64,000 nt of DNA from an uncultured Desulfarculus sp. (lineage in GTDB: Bacteria > Desulfobacterota > Desulfarculia > Desulfarculales > Desulfarculaceae): contig CAXXUK010000002.1 in NCBI GenBank assembly GCA_963665125.2, positions 256,001-320,000 of the forward strand, written 5' to 3'. A program made the translations under genes and the position numbers. The notes below the pieces were generated by a model. That model had not been told where the DNA came from, ran no database searches, and saw only the letters and a list, made by a program, of their open reading frames with translations. Every line of letters begins with the position of its first letter. Position 1 is the first letter of the stretch. Positions 29,409 through 37,672 of the stretch are shown piece after piece.

Positions 29409-29861
29409 TCAAGCCTCGCCCTGCAAATGCAGGAAAAAGGCGTCCAGCAGATCGGCCAGCCAGGCCTTGCGGGCCTCGTCGGCCTCCCAGGCCAGGGCGA
29501 AGGTGGCCAGGCGTTCGGTCACCTCCACTGCGGCGGCCCTGGGGTCGAATCCCGCGCCCTCCAGCTTGGCGATGACCCCGCCGATCTTGGCCAGTTCGTC
29601 GGCCTGTTCCTTGTCCAGGGTCCCGGCGGCCACCATGGCCTCGACGCGGTGGCCCAAAAGCTCCCGCAGGGTCTGGGCCGCGCCGCGCGGGTCGCTGTAG
29701 CGGGCCTGGCGGCGTTGCAGCCAGCCGCCCAAGGCCATCCAGCGTTCCACCGTGGCCGGCTTTACCCCGAATTCGGCGGCGATCGCCTGCACGTCGGCCC
29801 CGGCCAGATACATTCGCCGGGCCAATCGCTGGCGTTCCATATCCGAAGCGCGCCGGGCCAT
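29409..29861 (-). CDS. Putative terminase small subunit (N-terminal HTH)
   Basis: ARRMYLAGADVQAIAAEFGVKPATVERWMALGGW HTH immediately upstream of TerL; TGATG overlap with the previous ORF. Confidence 0.75.
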   Translation of the reverse strand: MARRASDMERQRLARRMYLAGADVQAIAAEFGVKPATVERWMALGGWLQRRQARYSDPRGAAQTLRELLGHRVEAMVAAGTLDKEQADELAKIGGVIAKLEGAGFDPRAAAVEVTERLATFALAWEADEARKAWLADLLDAFFLHLQGEA

Positions 29862-30097
29862 CAGGCTCTCATCTCCTTGAGTTCGGCGGTAAGGGCCTTG
29901 AACTCGCGCACCGCGGCCACAAGCTCCTCCATGGCCTGCTGGGCGTGGTCCACCCGCATGCTCTCGATGCCGTCGAGGTTGTAGAGGTAGTAGTTGATGT
30001 CCTTGGTCAGGCGGTCGATCTTGATTTCGATCTGGCCCAGGCGCTCGCGTTTTTCCTCGATGAGCCCCTTGGCGATGAGCCTCGATGTCTTGTCCAT
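29861..30097 (-). CDS. Small coiled-coil phage protein
   Basis: 78 aa helical protein; GGGGTG RBS; coupled to TerS. Confidence 0.7.
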   Translation of the reverse strand: MDKTSRLIAKGLIEEKRERLGQIEIKIDRLTKDINYYLYNLDGIESMRVDHAQQAMEELVAAVREFKALTAELKEMRA

Positions 30098-30106
30098 GTG
30101 TCACCC

Positions 30107-30364
30107 CTAAAAGAATTTTGTTGCCAGCTGCATCAGCAGCCAGATGGCCAGCATGCCGCCGGTGTAGGTGGCCAGGCGGTTGTCCAGGCGGTCCAGGCGG
30201 TTGCCCAGGGTCTCGGCCCGGTCGGCCTGGGCGTTGATCTTTTCGCCCAGCTCGGTGTTGATGCGCCTTTGCTCGGCGGCGCTCATCCGGACCACCGTGT
30301 CCAGCCGCCGCATTTGGCCCCGCAGGCTTTCCACGGCCAGGCGCACCCCTGCTTCGTCGCTCAA
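30107..30364 (-). CDS. Coiled-coil protein with a C-terminal TM (XhlA/holin-like)
   Basis: Heptad stretch followed by YTGGMLAIWLLMQLA; TTG start overlaps the upstream stop. Confidence 0.65.
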   Translation of the reverse strand: MSDEAGVRLAVESLRGQMRRLDTVVRMSAAEQRRINTELGEKINAQADRAETLGNRLDRLDNRLATYTGGMLAIWLLMQLATKFF

Positions 30365-30540
30365 CGGAGCGCCCCCCTAGCCCCGGCCACTCCGGCGGCC
30401 AGCTGCACCACCAACAGCCCGGCCAGGCCCAGGCCCCCGGCCGCCCCGGCCCGGCAGACCCCGGCCAGGTACAAGGTCGTCCCCAAGGCAATGGCCGCCG
30501 CTCCGACCCAGAATGTGCGTGTGTTGAAAAGAGTTCTCAT
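30361..30540 (-). CDS. Holin-like 2-TM small protein (59 aa, not in ORF track)
   Basis: MRTLFNTRTFWVGAAAIALGTTLYLAGVCRAGAAGGLGLAGLLVVQLAAGVAGARGALR*; GGGGGAAG upstream; first gene of the structural operon. Confidence 0.6.
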   Translation of the reverse strand: MRTLFNTRTFWVGAAAIALGTTLYLAGVCRAGAAGGLGLAGLLVVQLAAGVAGARGALR

Positions 30541-30692
30541 GGCTTCCCCCCGTGGGGCGGCGTCATGCCGCCCGCTTGATGGGGGCTAAGCTACCGCCGC
30601 TGCTGGGGGCGGTCTGCCAAGGCGGTTCGAAAACCTGATTCACCGAAGGGACGCCGGGAGGTGTTTCACCCAAAGACGGCCTGGGAAGGGCT

Positions 30693-30723
30693 AATAAAAA
30701 GCGCGAGCCGTAAGAGCCCGCGC
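30693..30723 (-). terminator. Intrinsic terminator between mor and the structural genes
   Basis: On the - strand GCGCGGGC-TCTTACG-GCTCGCGC-TTTTTATT. Confidence 0.75.
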
Positions 30724-30757
30724 CAAAGATGGGATGATCGTGCCGTGTTGAAAAGCG

Positions 30758-31072
30758 CTAATTACCCCTGGGACGGGGCGGATTTACTATATGGCGCACA
30801 TGCCGTGCGCTGAGGCCCCAGCGGCGGGCAAGCAGCTTGATGTTGGCCCCGTCGAAGTCCCTGCGGATTGCGGCGTTGCGCACCTCCAACAGGGATCTGT
30901 CCAGTTTGGGAAAATACACGCTGGAGCCGCTGAAGACCTGGGCCAATTGCATGGTCTGGTCCACGCCGATGACGTCGGCTATCTCCTGGTACACCTCGGG
31001 CAGTTGGTCGCGGTTGACCTCCCTCATCCATACGGGCACCAGTTTTTGTTGATGTTCCAGATGATTTGCCAT
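30758..31072 (-). CDS. Mor/C-family transcription activator
   Basis: LPEVYQEIADVIG...LAQVFSGSSVYFPK...RNAAIRRDFDGANIKLLARRWGLSARHVRHIV, the Mu Mor/C signature. Confidence 0.9.
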   Translation of the reverse strand: MANHLEHQQKLVPVWMREVNRDQLPEVYQEIADVIGVDQTMQLAQVFSGSSVYFPKLDRSLLEVRNAAIRRDFDGANIKLLARRWGLSARHVRHIVNPPRPRGN

Positions 31073-31140
31073 TGTTGTCCCCCCTTGTTAAATGCAAAAT
31101 GGCTAGTGAATGCGCTGTTGCAACACAACATGGCCGCTAC

Positions 31141-31167
31141 ATTATATCCGTAACGGTTAATCGTCAA
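31141..31167 (-). promoter_or_regulatory. Sigma70-type promoter of mor with a palindromic operator candidate
   Basis: On the - strand TTGACG-N15-TATAAT (or N17-TAATGT); the spacer contains the dyad TATCCGTAACGGTTA (31145-31159). Confidence 0.55.
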
Positions 31168-31175
31168 GATTAATA

Positions 31176-31571
31176 ATGGCCTTTATGATCAAAAAGCGCA
31201 TAGCGGGGGGCCATGCCGCCTGCCTGACATGCGTCCTGGTTTTTTCCTGCAGCGGGTGCGTGCACGTCACCAACGGGCAGTTGTTGGCCCTGGCCCCGCT
31301 GATGCAGGAGAGGTCCGTTGATCCGGCAAGCTGGCTCTGGTTGTGGCTTGGGCTGAGCGTCTCGGCCCTGGTCTGGGCCGTGGTGATCTGGCGGGGGACC
31401 CGCGGGCGCGGCGGACAGGACAGGGCCGGACAGGGCGCGCCTCTGGACCGGGAAGAGATGGCCCTGTACCGCACCACCCGGGATTCCCTTTCGTTTTTGA
31501 TCAAAAAACGAATCCGCCGGACCAAAGTCGTTGATATAGGTCTGCTGCGCAGGCACAGGGACCGGGAATAA
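31176..31571 (+). CDS. Hypothetical membrane protein (possible lipoprotein signal), divergent from mor
   Basis: Hydrophobic N-terminus ending in SCSGC; TM segment WLWLWLGLSVSALVWAVVIW. Confidence 0.55.
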   Translation: MAFMIKKRIAGGHAACLTCVLVFSCSGCVHVTNGQLLALAPLMQERSVDPASWLWLWLGLSVSALVWAVVIWRGTRGRGGQDRAGQGAPLDREEMALYRTTRDSLSFLIKKRIRRTKVVDIGLLRRHRDRE

Positions 31572-31621
31572 GGCGGCGGCCTGGCGACAATGCCAAACCG
31601 CCGCGTTTCATGCCGTCACGG

Positions 31622-32056
31622 CTAGGCCTTGCCCTGCAGCCATTGGGCGATCTGCTGGGCGCTCATGGCCCCGGACACCCGGTCAACCTCCCGGCCCCCC
31701 TTGAACAGGACCATGGTCGGAATGGACTGGATGCCGAAACGGGCGGCCAGGGCCTGCTCCTGCTCGGTGTTGACTTTGGCCAGGCGCACCCTGGGGTGCA
31801 TGGACCGGGCAGCCTCCGCGAAGGCCGGAGCCATCATCTTGCACGGCCCGCACCAAGGGGCCCAGAAATCCACCAACACGGGGATATCGCTGCCCGCCAC
31901 CTGTTTGGCGAACAATTCTCCGCCAAGCTCGGCCGGCTTGGCCTCGAACACCCTGCTTTTACACTTGCCGCAGACCGGGCCGTCGCTCAGACGCTGGGCG
32001 GGGACTCTATTTTTGGCGCCGCATTTGGGGCACACAACATGAACATTGGCACTCAT
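31622..32056 (-). CDS. trxC: Thioredoxin 2
   Basis: N-terminal CPKC/CGKC zinc knuckle and WAPWCGPC. Confidence 0.95.
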   Translation of the reverse strand: MSANVHVVCPKCGAKNRVPAQRLSDGPVCGKCKSRVFEAKPAELGGELFAKQVAGSDIPVLVDFWAPWCGPCKMMAPAFAEAARSMHPRVRLAKVNTEQEQALAARFGIQSIPTMVLFKGGREVDRVSGAMSAQQIAQWLQGKA

Positions 32057-32226
32057 ATTTCAATCTCCCCGGCTGCCGGTGATCGGCGGGCAGCCACATA
32101 TACCTCAAGATAAGTCGCCCCGGGGGAAATGCCAGCAGACCAGGCCCTTTCATTTCATAGTATTCATTATGCTAAAGTAGTAATTAGCGGGGGCGGCAAA
32201 CACCACAATTGCAAAGGATGGAGGCC

Positions 32227-33495
32227 ATGACTGGCGGGCAAGGAACCTCTTCCCAACTCAAGCTGGGAATCAACGGCTTCGGGCGCGTGGGCAAGCTGAC
32301 TCTGTGGCATCATGTGGCGCGCAAGTATTTCTCGGAAATCATCGTCAATATCGGCAGGGAGGTCGGCAAGTCGTTCGAGGATTTGGCCGACTACGCGGCC
32401 CACGACTCCACCTACGGGCCGCTGCGCTCGTTTTTACACGGCCACCACGCCGGGCCGGTCATCGGCCAGGTAAACCCGGCCCAGCGCAGCATGGTCATCA
32501 ACGGTGTATTGGTGAGGTTTTTGTTCGAGTCGCGCAATCCGGCCCAGATAGCCTGGAAGGAAAACGGCGTGCGGCTGGTTGTCGACGCCACTGGCAAATT
32601 CCTGGACCCCACCAAACCAGCCGACTCGGCGGGCGGCTCGTGCCTGGGCCACCTGGAGGGCGGAGCGGAAAAGGTCCTGGTCACCGCGCCGTTCAAGATC
32701 AAGGACAAGGCAAAGGCCATGCCCGATTACGCCATCACCACGGTGATGGGCATTAACGACAAGGCCTACGACCCGGCCAGGCACACCGTAGTATCCAACG
32801 CCTCGTGCACCACCACCTGCCTGGCCCACACCATCAAGCCGCTGTTGGACAGCCTGGGCTCCGACCGCATCCTCACGGCCCTGATGACCACCATCCACGC
32901 GGTGACGCCCACCCAGCCCATTCTGGACCGCATGCCCTCGGCCGGGGCCAGCGATCTGCGCAAGAACCGGGCGGCCATCAACAATATCATCATCACCTCA
33001 ACCGGCGCGGCCAAGGCTCTGGGCCTGGTCATGCCCGAGATCAACAACATCGCCTTTTTGGCTGAAAGCGTGCGGGTGCCCACCCTCACCGGCTCATTGA
33101 TCATCCTGGTCATGGCCCTGTTGGACGACCACAACGGCAATGAAATAACGGCCGAGCGCCTCAACGAGATCTACCGCCGGGCGGCCAGCGACGACCCCAA
33201 CGGCTACCTGTTGTACAGTGAGCGGCAGAACGTCAGCAGTGATATCGTGGGCCAGCCCAGGGCCGCGGCCATCATCGAGGGATCGGAGACCTATGCCGCG
33301 CCCACCAACGCGGCCGTGGACATGTCAATGCTTTGCGCGGCCAATCCGGAACTGGCGGAAAAGATGGGTGGCCAAAAGGTCCGGGCCCCGGTGTCCGAGG
33401 CGGTGATCCACTCGTGGTATGACAATGAATACGCCAGCTTTGTGAACATGCTGGGCGACAGGGCCCAAAGCATGGCCGAAAGGATGCAAACCTAG
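32227..33495 (+). CDS. gap: Type I glyceraldehyde-3-phosphate dehydrogenase family protein (divergent)
   Basis: GINGFGRVG, SNASCTTTCL, TGAAKA, RVPT, WYDNE motifs, with insertions. Confidence 0.85.
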   Translation: MTGGQGTSSQLKLGINGFGRVGKLTLWHHVARKYFSEIIVNIGREVGKSFEDLADYAAHDSTYGPLRSFLHGHHAGPVIGQVNPAQRSMVINGVLVRFLFESRNPAQIAWKENGVRLVVDATGKFLDPTKPADSAGGSCLGHLEGGAEKVLVTAPFKIKDKAKAMPDYAITTVMGINDKAYDPARHTVVSNASCTTTCLAHTIKPLLDSLGSDRILTALMTTIHAVTPTQPILDRMPSAGASDLRKNRAAINNIIITSTGAAKALGLVMPEINNIAFLAESVRVPTLTGSLIILVMALLDDHNGNEITAERLNEIYRRAASDDPNGYLLYSERQNVSSDIVGQPRAAAIIEGSETYAAPTNAAVDMSMLCAANPELAEKMGGQKVRAPVSEAVIHSWYDNEYASFVNMLGDRAQSMAERMQT

Positions 33496-34529
33496 CCGGA
33501 GGAGCGGTCGATATCCAGGATGTTTTTATCGCCTATGTACTGCTTGGTTTGATATTCGGTTATGCCTTGCAGCTTGTGGGTGATTTCGGCCATGCGCATA
33601 CAGGCGCTGCGTATGGCCCTTAGGCGAACGTTGACGTCCGAGCCGTCCTCGGTTTGCAGCATCCCGACCTCAAGTCCGGTCAACACGGCTTGCAAGGGCT
33701 GATTGAGCTCATGACAGGCCGCGCCGGCTGTTTCTATGGCGGCATTGAGCCTCTCGGCCCGCATGCGCTGTTGCTCTTCCCGTTTCTGCAGGGTGATGTC
33801 GCGAAACACGGCCAGCAAAAATCGCCGGTCTTCGATGGTCAGACCTTTGAAATAGACATCCAGGATTTCGGGCACGCCAGTAACCGAGGCTGAGCGGTTC
33901 CAAACAGCCTTATAATCGAAACCGCCTATTATCTTGCGCAGCATTTCAGGGCTGTGGTCCCTTTTGGCCTGATCATACAGGGGGCAAAAACCAAAGGCCT
34001 TGTATTCCATGCGCTTCAGCCCAAACATTTTCAAGGCCGGCGAGTTGGCGTCCAAGAGGTTGAAGTCCTCGCTGAAAAGCATGATCCCTTCGGAGACGGT
34101 TTCAATGATCAGGCGCAGTATGCGTTCGGACTCTTCAAGATTCATGTCGGTTTTTGCCAGGCGCTGGCCCACGCGGATGTAGGACAGCAAAGCGGCGGGC
34201 GAAACCGGCTTGGATAAAAAACTGTGGGCCCCGGCGTCCAGGGCTTCGATCAGGTCCTGTTCTTCGCGTTTGCTGGTGAGCAGGATGGTATAGACCCTCG
34301 GTCCTCGATCCCGCGCATGCAGGCGGCGGCATAACTCCAACCCGTCGAGGCCGGGCATCAGCCAGTCGATAATGGCGATGCGCGGCGAGTCCGGCTCATT
34401 GAGGATTTCCCAGGCAGTATCGCCGTCAGCGGCTTCCGCGATTTCAAAGCCCCAGGATTCCAGATGATTCCGCAAATTGTGGCGGGCTGTTTTGCTGTCA
34501 TCCGCTATTAAAACCCTCAATATCACCAC
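33492..34529 (-). CDS. Response regulator with PAS and HisKA-like C-terminus
   Basis: REC (IADDS...IDWLMPGLDG...SKP), PAS segment, CHELNQPL H-box with no ATPase domain. Confidence 0.85.
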   Translation of the reverse strand: MVILRVLIADDSKTARHNLRNHLESWGFEIAEAADGDTAWEILNEPDSPRIAIIDWLMPGLDGLELCRRLHARDRGPRVYTILLTSKREEQDLIEALDAGAHSFLSKPVSPAALLSYIRVGQRLAKTDMNLEESERILRLIIETVSEGIMLFSEDFNLLDANSPALKMFGLKRMEYKAFGFCPLYDQAKRDHSPEMLRKIIGGFDYKAVWNRSASVTGVPEILDVYFKGLTIEDRRFLLAVFRDITLQKREEQQRMRAERLNAAIETAGAACHELNQPLQAVLTGLEVGMLQTEDGSDVNVRLRAIRSACMRMAEITHKLQGITEYQTKQYIGDKNILDIDRSSG

Positions 34530-34566
34530 CTCAATAATAAATCGCCGAAACTATTGTCTATTATGA

Positions 34567-35409
34567 TTATTTTCTCTGACTCGCCGTTGTGAAGTCAATA
34601 AGAGGCGAGAAGGCGACCCACACCTGGGGGCCGCTCAGGCGGTTGGCGCATTTGCTTATCACCTTTTGCACGGCTTTTCCGCTGCCCATGGGGTCGTAAA
34701 TGGCCCCGGTCTGTTGCAGCCATTCCGCGTCGTCGTCTTGGTCCAGGGGCCGGTAACTGAACTTTTTCAGTTCAATCGTGTCCTTGGCGGCTATGGCCTC
34801 GGGCGTCATGCCGTAGCGGGTCACTCCGTGGCGGCTGACTATGCGCCAGTCGATTTTGCCGTCGGGGTGAAAATTGTGAAAAAAGCCGGAGAGGTTGATC
34901 ATCACCGCCATGTCGCTGTAGGACGGCAGGGCCTCGCCAACGGTCCACTGCAACTGCTTGAACGGGCCGTCAATGTCGCTGCGGAAGGTGCTGCGGGGGT
35001 GAATGTGATAGAGCACGATGTCGTCGTATTTTTTCAGCAGCAAATACACCGTGTCGTCGAGCACATGATAGGTCTTGCGTCCGTTGACCTTTTCGCCGCT
35101 GGCGATCTCGATCCACAGGGTTTCCGACGGGATATAGGCCCAGCCTTCCTCCAGGCCCGATGTCTCGGCCAATTGACGAAGCTGGGCCTCGCCCTCATCC
35201 TGGGTGGCCTGCACCACCAGGGCCGGTCCGCCCCCGGTGTTTACTTGTAAGCGGTCGGCCTGTTGCAGGGGCCGTAGCGGCTGGATGGGCCTTGTCTGTT
35301 CCGCGGCCAATAAAGCCGGAACGGCCAATGAAGCCGCCAACATCAGCAGGTAGAGCGCCAAGCCCAATCGAGGTTTTTTGATTAACAGGGGCATGAACCA
35401 AAATCCCAA
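34567..35409 (-). CDS. Hypothetical exported protein
   Basis: Signal/TM at the N-terminus; YHIHP...LPSYSD resembles a JAB/MPN-type metal motif (unverified). Confidence 0.65.
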   Translation of the reverse strand: MGFWFMPLLIKKPRLGLALYLLMLAASLAVPALLAAEQTRPIQPLRPLQQADRLQVNTGGGPALVVQATQDEGEAQLRQLAETSGLEEGWAYIPSETLWIEIASGEKVNGRKTYHVLDDTVYLLLKKYDDIVLYHIHPRSTFRSDIDGPFKQLQWTVGEALPSYSDMAVMINLSGFFHNFHPDGKIDWRIVSRHGVTRYGMTPEAIAAKDTIELKKFSYRPLDQDDDAEWLQQTGAIYDPMGSGKAVQKVISKCANRLSGPQVWVAFSPLIDFTTASQRK

Positions 35410-35563
35410 AATCAGCGCCGTTAAAGTTCATAACTTTATAGGTAAACGGGCCATGCGAAAACAACCGACACAATCATGTGAGCTAATTTTCAAAAAAACA
35501 TAGTGTTTTGTATGATAAAAAAATTGAAACGCCTAAAAACCACCGGCCAAGGAAGTCTATGTG

Positions 35564-36382
35564 ATGAAAGCCTACGCAGGCAAACGAGTCTATATCACCG
35601 GCGGCTCCAGCGGCATCGGCCTGGCCGCCGCCGAGGCCTTATCCCGTCGAGGCGCTTCAGTGGCGGTATTCGCCAGGCGCTATGAGGCGCTGCAAGAAGC
35701 CGTGTCCGGCCTGAAGGCCAAGGCCACGGCCACGGGCCAGGTCTTTTATGCGGACGTCATGGACGTCGCCGACCCGGTGAGCGTCCATGATGGCATGCAG
35801 CGGGCGGTGGAATCCTTCGGCCCGCCGGACGTGTTGATCACCGCCGCGGGCATGGGCGCGGCGGACCGTTTCGAGCAAATCAGCGATGCGCTTTTCGACG
35901 ACGTGATCCGCACCAACCTCTACGGAACACGGTGGGCCGTCAAGGCCCTGTTGCCCCATTTACAGCAAAAACAGGGCACGATCATCATGGTGGGCTCGCT
36001 GGTCAGTTTTATTCCCATGTACAGTTACACGGCCTACTGCACCTCCAAATACGCCGTGGCCGGTTTCGCCGACTGCCTGCGCAGCGAACTGCGCCTGCGG
36101 GGGGTGGGCGTGAGCCTGTTCTGCCCGCCCGAGGTGGATACGCCGTTTTTAAAGGAAGAGGCCAAGACCCTGCCGCCGCCGGCGAGAATCCTGAAAAAAT
36201 TCGCCGGGCGCATCAGCCCCAAGCGGGCGGCGGAGGCAATGCTCAAGGGCGCATCCAAAGGACGTTTTTTGACCATCCCCGGATTCAGGGCCAAAATGCT
36301 GTACTGGAACTGGAAGCTCATGCCCGGCTGGGCCTTCCGCCTGCTGCCCGACCTTATCGTAGGCCGGGCTACAAAATTGTAG
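35564..36382 (+). CDS. Short-chain dehydrogenase/reductase (KDSR-like)
   Basis: TGGSSGIG and YCTSK catalytic motif. Confidence 0.9.
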   Translation: MKAYAGKRVYITGGSSGIGLAAAEALSRRGASVAVFARRYEALQEAVSGLKAKATATGQVFYADVMDVADPVSVHDGMQRAVESFGPPDVLITAAGMGAADRFEQISDALFDDVIRTNLYGTRWAVKALLPHLQQKQGTIIMVGSLVSFIPMYSYTAYCTSKYAVAGFADCLRSELRLRGVGVSLFCPPEVDTPFLKEEAKTLPPPARILKKFAGRISPKRAAEAMLKGASKGRFLTIPGFRAKMLYWNWKLMPGWAFRLLPDLIVGRATKL

Positions 36383-36488
36383 CAATTGATGCAGGACCGC
36401 CGAGACAGCGGCCGGTCGGGCTTAGTTTTCAATCCGTGCGCCTGTCCAGCCTGTGGACCAGCCAGAGGCGCTATGCACCGCACCCAAT

Positions 36489-36520
36489 AAAAAAGGCCCC
36501 CGGCGTTGGCGCCGGAGGCC
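36489..36520 (-). terminator. Intrinsic terminator downstream of lpxC
   Basis: GC stem followed by T6 on the - strand. Confidence 0.7.
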
Positions 36521-36550
36521 CTGAATATGCAATTCGATTTTGGCTAGGCT

Positions 36551-37471
36551 CTAGGCCACCGCATGGCTGGGCATGGGAATCACCGCCGGTTGGGGCTCGG
36601 GCATCTGCTCCGGTTCGGCGGTGACAAGCTGCCAGGCCTGGGGATCGGCCAGGAACTTGCGGAACAGCTTGTTGTTGAGCCCGTGGCCGGACTTGTGGGC
36701 CACGAACGAGCCGATGATGGGCCGTCCCACCAGGGCCATGTCGCCCATGAAGTCCAGGACCTTGTGGCGCACGAATTCGTCTTCAAAACGCAGGCCGTCG
36801 TCGTTGAGCACCCGGAACTGGTCCACCACCACGGCGTTGTCCAGCGAGCCGCCCAGGGCCAGGTTGGCCTCCTGGAGCCTGCGGATGTCGCTCAAAAAGC
36901 CGAAGGTGCGGGCCCGGCTCAATTCGCGGTCGTAGGAGCCGTTGAAGTGCTTATAGGTCATGGATTGCTTGCGGATGGCCGGATGGTCGAACTCGATGGT
37001 GTAGTCCACGCTGAAGTTTTTGGCCGGGGAAACCTTGAGGAACTTGTCGCCGTCGCTTACGGTGACTTCGCGTTTTACGGCAAAGTACTTGCGCGGTTTG
37101 TCCTGGCTTTTTAGGCCGGCGTTTTTCAGCAAAAACACGAAAGGAGCCGAGGAGCCGTCCATCACCGGAATCTCCGGCGCGTCGACCTCGACCAATACGT
37201 TGTCCACGCCAACGCCGTGCAGGGCGCTCATCAGGTGCTCCACCGTGGCCACGCACACGCCGTCGATACCGACGGTGGTGCACATCTCGGTGGCCACCAC
37301 GGCATTGACGTCGCCGGGGATCAGGGGGGCGTCGGGCATGTCGGTGCGCTTGAAGACCACGCCGGTGTCGGGTTCGGCGGGGCGCAGGCTCAAATTAATA
37401 CGGCGTCCGGAGTGAAGTCCTATGCCGGTGCAAGCTACGGGACGGCTGAGGGTCCGCTGATATATGGTCAT
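36551..37471 (-). CDS. lpxC: UDP-3-O-acyl-N-acetylglucosamine deacetylase
   Basis: QRTL..GIGLHSG, TVEHLMSAL, SRARTFGF, EFVRHKVLD, SGH. Confidence 0.97.
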   Translation of the reverse strand: MTIYQRTLSRPVACTGIGLHSGRRINLSLRPAEPDTGVVFKRTDMPDAPLIPGDVNAVVATEMCTTVGIDGVCVATVEHLMSALHGVGVDNVLVEVDAPEIPVMDGSSAPFVFLLKNAGLKSQDKPRKYFAVKREVTVSDGDKFLKVSPAKNFSVDYTIEFDHPAIRKQSMTYKHFNGSYDRELSRARTFGFLSDIRRLQEANLALGGSLDNAVVVDQFRVLNDDGLRFEDEFVRHKVLDFMGDMALVGRPIIGSFVAHKSGHGLNNKLFRKFLADPQAWQLVTAEPEQMPEPQPAVIPMPSHAVA

Positions 37472-37539
37472 TTAACCACCTTTTTGAGTCTCAGCTATCG
37501 CCCAAGTTCAAGTGGGGCGGACAATTTGGCCGCTAACTA

Positions 37540-37555
37540 TGCAAGAAGTATTCCA
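37540..37555 (-). promoter_or_regulatory. Putative sigma54 promoter upstream of lpxC
   Basis: TGGAATACTTCTTGCA (GG-N10-GC with TTGCA), about 70 nt upstream of the start. Confidence 0.55.
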
Positions 37556-37672
37556 TATTGGGCGTTTTACTGCTGTATTCAATAAGACGCGCCACAATGG
37601 GCCGCTCTTGCTAATCTATATAAATATAGTGGTGTTTTAAGGTTTTTCACATGTGTTGGACAAACCACATTT

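Larger units (their letters stand above)
22099..31072 (-). mobile_element. Compact phage-derived head/neck/tail-tube cluster (GTA-like or domesticated prophage)
   Basis: 13 co-oriented, tightly coupled ORFs from Mor to tail tube. No integrase/transposase, replication, endolysin, tape-measure, baseplate or fibre genes. GC at least host-like; no frameshifts seen. Confidence 0.8.

Noticed and set aside
29409..30491. 360-aa ORF as a single gene
   Set aside because: The N-terminal 210 aa are low-complexity and overlap three better-supported small ORFs; the real start is probably 29861.
22099..31072. Complete inducible prophage or tailocin
   Set aside because: No integrase, replication, repressor or full tail genes, so not a complete prophage. 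Capsid, portal and terminase are present and sheath/baseplate are absent, so not a tailocin. A decayed prophage cannot be fully excluded, but no pseudogenisation is visible.
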